Assembly: GCA_963674825.1 (NCBI GenBank)
Contig: OY771587.1
Coordinates: 832,001-896,000 of the forward strand
Reading direction: 5' to 3'
Source of the DNA: Candidatus Cloacimonadales bacterium
GTDB lineage: Bacteria; Cloacimonadota; Cloacimonadia; Cloacimonadales; JAIOQZ01
DNA: 64,000 nt
Shown one piece after another: positions 58,652 to 64,000 of this stretch. The position numbers and the translations under genes are program-made. The notes under the pieces were generated by a model. The model was not told where the DNA came from. It saw only the letters and a list, made by a program, of their open reading frames with translations, and did not search any database. Within the stretch, counting starts at the first letter, position 1, and every line of letters begins with the position of its first letter.

Positions 58652-60745
58652 CTAATAACCCCGAATTTTACGCAAAATATTCTCCTGAATGACAGAAGTT
58701 ACCTTTTCGTATTTAAAAAATTCCATGGTGTAGATCGCACGTCCCTGTGAGAGCGAACGAAGCTGCGTGGCATAGCCGAACATCTCGCTCATTGGGATTT
58801 CGCAGACGATCTCCTGTTTATTGAGCTGCCGCCTGATCGTCTCGATCCTGCCGCGCCTTGAATTGACATCACCAATGATATCGCCCACGAATTCTTCCGG
58901 TGTAATCACCGACACGAGCATAATCGGCTCCATAAGGCAGGGCGTACAACTCGACAGACCCTTGCTGACAGCCATCGACGCAGCGATGCGGAATGCCGTA
59001 TCGCTCGAATCGACCTCGTTGAAGCCACCGCCGACCAACTCGATCTTGAGCCGTTCAACCGGTGCGCTCATCAGGGGGCCGTCCATACAAGCGCTTACAG
59101 CACCATCTTCGATAGCCTCCCAGTATTGATGTGGGATAGTCTGCTCGTTAACATGATTCTCGAACAGCACTTTCTTTCCCTTGGGAAGCTCGTTAAGATC
59201 GATTGGCGTAAACCGCAGCTTAACGATCGCGTAATGTCCCTTTCCGCCCATTTCGCGGATGAACTCAGCGTATTCCTCATGCTGCTTGTTGATCGATTCC
59301 TTGTAAGCGACCTGCGGATTTCCAATATTTGCCGCAACACCGAACTCGCGTTTCAGACGATCGACGATGATTTCCAGATGCAGCTCACCCATACCGGAGA
59401 GTAGCGTCTGGCCCGTTTCCTTGTCCTGACGAACACGGAAGGTTGGATCTTCGTCTTCGAGTTTACCGAGTGCGGTATGAAGCTTTTCTTCGTCCGCCTT
59501 GGTCTTGGGCTCGATAGCGATGGAGATCACGCCATCCGGAAATTCGATCGGAGCAAGCAGGATATCGTTACCGTCCTCGACCATCGTATCACCAGTAGAA
59601 ACCATCTTCGGACCGATGATCGCAGCAATGTCTCCCGCATGCAGTTCGTCGATATCGTTCTTCCGGTTCGAGAACATCTGCACGATGCGCCCGATCCGTT
59701 CACGCTTACCTGACGACTGATTGAGGAAGACAGTGCTCTTCTTGATAGAGCCGGAATAGACCCGCACATAGATCAGCTTGCCGACATATTTGTCGTTCTG
59801 CACCTTAAATGCCAGCGCGGAAAACTTGCCCGTGCTATCGGGGAAGACTTCCACGATGTCACCCGTCTTACGGTCGATCGCCTCTGCAGGTGGGACTTCG
59901 GACGGTGAAGGCAGGAAATTGACAATCCCATCCATCAGTAGCTGTACCCCGGTATTGCGCAGCGATGAGCCACATAAAATCGGTATAAAGCCGTGATTGA
60001 TGGTCGCGTTGCGGATCACTTGAATCAGAAAATTCTGATCGACATCATCACCCTCGAGGAATTTTTCCATTAGCTGGTCGTCCGTCTCGGAAAGAGCTTC
60101 GAGCAATTGCTCTCGCGCTTCTTCAGCAGCATCCAGGTATTCGTCGGGAATGTCATCCTCGGTGTAGTTGAATCCGAGCGATTTGGGATCGAAATGATAC
60201 GCGCGCATCGCGACAAGGTCGATAATTCCAGTGAATTTCTCTTCCTTGCCGATGGGCAACTGAATCGGGAAGGCTTTCTTGGTGAGCCGATCGTTGATCA
60301 TCTCGACGACGACATCGAAGTCAGCGCCGGAGCGATCGATCTTGTTCACGAACGCGATGCGGGGAACTTTATATCGATCTGCCTGATGCCAGACAGTTTC
60401 CGACTGTGGTTCGACTCCGCCCACCGCGCAGAATATGCCTACCGCACCGTCGAGCACTCGCAGGGAGCGCTCGACTTCAGCGGTAAAATCCACGTGTCCA
60501 GGTGTATCGATTATATTGATCTGTTTCTCTTTCCAGAAGCAGGAAGTCACAGCGGAAGTAATGGTGATTCCGCGTTCCTTCTCCTGTTCCATCCAGTCCA
60601 TGAAGGCGGTGCCGTCGTGGACTTCACCCATTCTGTGAAGGTATCCGGTGTAATACAGGATCCGTTCGGTCGTCGTCGTTTTACCGGCGTCGATATGGGC
60701 GATGATTCCGATATTCCGGATTCGTGATAAATCTATAGGAGGCAC
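58652..60745 (-). CDS. fusA: Elongation factor G
   Basis: [35 protein letters not shown]; follows rpsG; GTG start. Confidence 0.97.
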   Translation of the reverse strand: MPPIDLSRIRNIGIIAHIDAGKTTTTERILYYTGYLHRMGEVHDGTAFMDWMEQEKERGITITSAVTSCFWKEKQINIIDTPGHVDFTAEVERSLRVLDGAVGIFCAVGGVEPQSETVWHQADRYKVPRIAFVNKIDRSGADFDVVVEMINDRLTKKAFPIQLPIGKEEKFTGIIDLVAMRAYHFDPKSLGFNYTEDDIPDEYLDAAEEAREQLLEALSETDDQLMEKFLEGDDVDQNFLIQVIRNATINHGFIPILCGSSLRNTGVQLLMDGIVNFLPSPSEVPPAEAIDRKTGDIVEVFPDSTGKFSALAFKVQNDKYVGKLIYVRVYSGSIKKSTVFLNQSSGKRERIGRIVQMFSNRKNDIDELHAGDIAAIIGPKMVSTGDTMVEDGNDILLAPIEFPDGVISIAIEPKTKADEEKLHTALGKLEDEDPTFRVRQDKETGQTLLSGMGELHLEIIVDRLKREFGVAANIGNPQVAYKESINKQHEEYAEFIREMGGKGHYAIVKLRFTPIDLNELPKGKKVLFENHVNEQTIPHQYWEAIEDGAVSACMDGPLMSAPVERLKIELVGGGFNEVDSSDTAFRIAASMAVSKGLSSCTPCLMEPIMLVSVITPEEFVGDIIGDVNSRRGRIETIRRQLNKQEIVCEIPMSEMFGYATQLRSLSQGRAIYTMEFFKYEKVTSVIQENILRKIRGY

Positions 60746-60772
60746 GAGTACCTCGTTTTTTCACTTTCTGCA

Positions 60773-61243
60773 CTACCAGCGAAGGTGTGCAAATGCCTTG
60801 TTAGACTCCGCCATCTTGTGGGTGTCTTCGCGTTTTTTGACGCTGGCGCCTTCGTTCTTGTAGGCTGCCAGGAGTTCGCCAGCCAGACGATCCTGCATGG
60901 TGTTCTCAGAACGCTTCTTAGCGTAGCTGATGATCCAGCGGAATGCGAGAGCCTGAGCGTTCTTTGCGTTCACTTCGATCGGGACCTGGTAGTTTGAACC
61001 ACCGACGCGCTTGGAAACAACCTTAACAAGCGGACGAACATTCTCGAGCGCTTGGTTGAAGACTTCCATCGGGTCTTTCTTGGTCTTTTCTTCGATAATT
61101 CCGAGTGCGTTGTAAACGATGGTCTCGGCGATACTTTTTTTACCGCGCAACATGACGTTGTTTATGAACTTACTCAGAATAACACTTTTATATTTGGGAT
61201 CCGGGAGAACGACTCTTTCCTGGATTTTTCTTCTTCTCGACAT
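60773..61243 (-). CDS. rpsG: 30S ribosomal protein S7
   Basis: PDPKY, GKKS.AE, RVGG..YQVP, HKMAE.NKAF. Confidence 0.98.
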   Translation of the reverse strand: MSRRRKIQERVVLPDPKYKSVILSKFINNVMLRGKKSIAETIVYNALGIIEEKTKKDPMEVFNQALENVRPLVKVVSKRVGGSNYQVPIEVNAKNAQALAFRWIISYAKKRSENTMQDRLAGELLAAYKNEGASVKKREDTHKMAESNKAFAHLRW

Positions 61244-61255
61244 CTTATTCCTCCA

Positions 61256-61630
61256 CTACTTCTTAGGCCGCTTGGTTCCGTATTTCGAACGGGACTGTGT
61301 ACGGTTGTCGACACCACTGGTATCAAGTGCACCGCGGACGATATGATAGCGGACACCGGGAAGGTCCTTAACACGACCACCGCGAACGAGAACGATCGAG
61401 TGTTCCTGAAGGTTATGTCCCTCACCGGGAATGTAAGCTGTTACTTCAAAACCGTTGGTCAATCTGACCCTGGCGACTTTACGAAGCGCTGAGTTCGGTT
61501 TCTTCGGTGTCTGGGTATAAACCCTGGTACAGACGCCGCGACGCTGCGGGCATCCCATGAGCGCACGATTTTTCTTTTTCTTCTTAATCGTGGTTCTGCC
61601 TTTACGCACTAACTGATTGATTGTTGGCAC
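61256..61630 (-). CDS. rpsL: 30S ribosomal protein S12
   Basis: [27 protein letters not shown]. Confidence 0.99.
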   Translation of the reverse strand: MPTINQLVRKGRTTIKKKKKNRALMGCPQRRGVCTRVYTQTPKKPNSALRKVARVRLTNGFEVTAYIPGEGHNLQEHSIVLVRGGRVKDLPGVRYHIVRGALDTSGVDNRTQSRSKYGTKRPKK

Positions 61631-61654
61631 GTTAGTTCCTCCATGTTTTTATTA

Positions 61655-64000
61655 TTAGTAATTCATCAGATCGTCAAAATCCTCGTCTTCTCGACCGGCA
61701 AGAAATTCGTTCACGATCTCTTTGACCGTCTTGCCTTCACCCGCTTTTTCGCGGATCATGTTCGAGTAGTATTTCGTTCCCGTACCAACCGGGATCCTGT
61801 GTCCGAGGATGATGCTTTCTTTGAGGCCTTCGAGCTTATCGACTCGACCCTCGATTGCTGCCTGGGTAAGGACCTTTGTCGTTTCCTGGAACGACGCGGC
61901 CGAAAGCCAGCTCTCAGTAAGGAGCGAGGCTTTTGTTATACCAAGCAGTAGCTGTTCGAACGTGGCGCCATTGCCACCTTCAGCTTCGATTCGTTGATTT
62001 TCTGCCTGCACTGCGTGCTTGTCAACAATTTCACCTTCCAGGAACAGCGTATGGCCCGGATCGACGATCTTAACTTTTTGGAACATCTGGCGGATAATCA
62101 CGCCGATGTGTTTGTCGTCAATCTTCACACCCTGTTTCCGGTAGATTTCCTGGATTTCGTTCAGGATCAACGTCTGCGCAGAAATGATACCTTTCGCACG
62201 CAGGATGTCGTGAGGATCAAGCGGTCCGTCCGAGAGGGCGTCGCCAGAATCCACGATGTCACCCTGATGGGCAATGATACGTTTTCCGGGCGGAATAATG
62301 TACTTTTTCTCTACGCCTTGATCTGCCGTCACGTAGATGATACGACCGTGCTTGGTGTAGTCACCGATGGTGACACGGCCGTTGATCTCGGAGATAATCG
62401 CCTTTTCTTTGGGGATGCGCGCTTCAAAGAGGTCCTGCACACGGGGCAGACCACCAGTGATGTCGCGCTGTTTAACGGTGATTCTCGATGTTTTACCGAT
62501 ACTGGTACCGGGGTAAACATGGGTTCCGTCTTCCACATCGATTTTGAGTCCGGTCGGCAGCGGAATCTGATCGACTTCGTTGTTGTCGCCCACGATGGTC
62601 ACCTGAGGCTGGTACTTACGGTCCTTCGATTCGATGATGGTGATTTCGCGCGTACCGGTCAGATCGTTGAATTCCTCCTTATAGGTAAGGTCTTTAACGA
62701 AATTCTCGAATTTGACACGGCCCTTACGAGTAGCCAGAAGCGGGTTGTTGTAATGGTCCCAGGTGAACAGTTTCGAATCCGGGAACACCTTCTCGCCTTC
62801 GCGCACTAGAATCGTCGAGGCGTATTCCACCTTGAATTCTTCCAGCAGCACGTCTTCCGGGTTGTTCTCATCCATAATCTGAATCTTGCCAAGGTGACTG
62901 ATCGCGATCATCTGGCCGGCCTGGTTGGTAACAGTGTTCATCTTTTCGAATCTCACGATACCTTCCATGTTCGAGCTGACTTCCGCCACATCGACGTCGG
63001 TACTTGCGGTACCACCGATATGGAATGTACGAAGCGTAAGCTGCGTACCGGGTTCACCAATACTCTGCGCCGCGATGATACCCACGGGCTCGCCAATCGT
63101 GACCGGCTTGTGGGTCGCGAGGTTACGTCCGTAACACTTCGCGCAAACACCCTTTTCGGTTTCGCAGGTTACCACGGAACGGATACGGACTTTGACCACA
63201 CCGTGCTTCTCGATCTTCTGTGCCATCTGGTTAGTGATTTCTTCACCACCGTGCACGATCACCTTGTCGGTAACCGGATCGATCACGTCTTCAGCTGCGG
63301 TTCTGCCCTGAATACGGTCCGCCAGAGATTCGACCACCTCAAGTCCTTCCTTGAGCGCTGTGACATCGATACCCTGGATAGTGCCGCAATCAACTTCAGT
63401 GATGATAGCGTTCTGCGCCACATCGACCAGACGACGGGTCAGATAACCCGCGTCCGCGGTCTTGAGCGCGGTATCCGCAAGACCCTTACGAGCGCCGTGT
63501 GTGGAAATGAAGTATTCCAGAACGCTCAAGCCTTCCTTGAAGTTGGATTTAATCGGCGTTTCGATAACCTGATGCACATCGGAGGTGCTACGAGTAGGCT
63601 TATCCATAAGACCACGCATACCGCCGAGCTGCTTGATCTGGTCTTTACCACCACGAGCGCCGGAGATATACATCATGTAAATGGAGTTGAGCCCTTCGTG
63701 ATCATGCTCCAGCTTCTCCATGAGGGCGTTGGTCACACGCTCGGTGGCGATTTTCCATTTATCGACCACACGGTTGTAACGTTCGGTATCTGTGATACCA
63801 CCCTGCAGATAGCTGTCGATGATCTCTTTCACCTCATTCTCGGTACGCTGGAGGATCTTACCCTTGTCGTCCGGGACCACAACGTCGGAAATACTGAACG
63901 TACAACCGGCTTTGGTCGCGTACTTGAAGCCCAGTTCCTTCATCGAATCAAGGAACAGAGCTGTCTTGTGCTGACCTACGGCGTTCATACACTTCATCGC
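61655..64000 (-). CDS. rpoC: RNA polymerase beta' subunit, C-terminal part (starts beyond the window)
   Basis: [40 protein letters not shown]3-like insert before [17 protein letters not shown]. Confidence 0.99.
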   Translation of the reverse strand, partial: AMKCMNAVGQHKTALFLDSMKELGFKYATKAGCTFSISDVVVPDDKGKILQRTENEVKEIIDSYLQGGITDTERYNRVVDKWKIATERVTNALMEKLEHDHEGLNSIYMMYISGARGGKDQIKQLGGMRGLMDKPTRSTSDVHQVIETPIKSNFKEGLSVLEYFISTHGARKGLADTALKTADAGYLTRRLVDVAQNAIITEVDCGTIQGIDVTALKEGLEVVESLADRIQGRTAAEDVIDPVTDKVIVHGGEEITNQMAQKIEKHGVVKVRIRSVVTCETEKGVCAKCYGRNLATHKPVTIGEPVGIIAAQSIGEPGTQLTLRTFHIGGTASTDVDVAEVSSNMEGIVRFEKMNTVTNQAGQMIAISHLGKIQIMDENNPEDVLLEEFKVEYASTILVREGEKVFPDSKLFTWDHYNNPLLATRKGRVKFENFVKDLTYKEEFNDLTGTREITIIESKDRKYQPQVTIVGDNNEVDQIPLPTGLKIDVEDGTHVYPGTSIGKTSRITVKQRDITGGLPRVQDLFEARIPKEKAIISEINGRVTIGDYTKHGRIIYVTADQGVEKKYIIPPGKRIIAHQGDIVDSGDALSDGPLDPHDILRAKGIISAQTLILNEIQEIYRKQGVKIDDKHIGVIIRQMFQKVKIVDPGHTLFLEGEIVDKHAVQAENQRIEAEGGNGATFEQLLLGITKASLLTESWLSAASFQETTKVLTQAAIEGRVDKLEGLKESIILGHRIPVGTGTKYYSNMIREKAGEGKTVKEIVNEFLAGREDEDFDDLMNY

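Overview
Bacterial chromosomal window, almost entirely transcribed on the minus strand. The style of the secreted proteins (PNPFNP...YNIRGQKV C-terminal domains, a C25 peptidase next to a PorV-like gene) suggests a diderm of the FCB neighbourhood, possibly Cloacimonadota; this is inference, not a phylogenetic result. Positions 1-~9.3 kb look accessory: a decayed IS3-family transposase, a 1348-aa LamG/FG-GAP secreted protein and a small receiver-like ORF behind a sigma54-type promoter with three GTCC-N6-GGAC palindromes, an adjacent TPR-AAA+-HTH sigma54 activator, and gene fragments at the right border. Positions 9.4-64 kb are mostly core genome: wzx and a GT4; a sigma54-driven flgB-flgC-orf-fliEFGHI operon; ridA; an FG-GAP T9SS-type cargo; rplS-trmD-rimM-khpA-rpsP-ffh-rpe; rplI-rpsR-ssb-rpsF-pth-rplY-prs-ispE; wzc, an SLBB protein, a lipoprotein, porV-like and porU-like genes; purD, cinA, proS, hisS; a large Alu-type SRP RNA; GT9, comEC, an epimerase, mnmA, murA, prmC; a STAS/anti-sigma pair where tuf usually follows fusA; and fusA-rpsG-rpsL-rpoC(partial). 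Most notable are the self-contained TPR-bEBP/sigma54 adhesin module, the T9SS-like attachment locus linked to wzc, a (TAY)12 tract read as poly-Tyr in wzc and possibly poly-Thr in ispE, a palindromic repeat inserted in frame in a secretion signal, and an EF-G with altered domain IV tip loops. No tRNA, rRNA or CRISPR array was seen.
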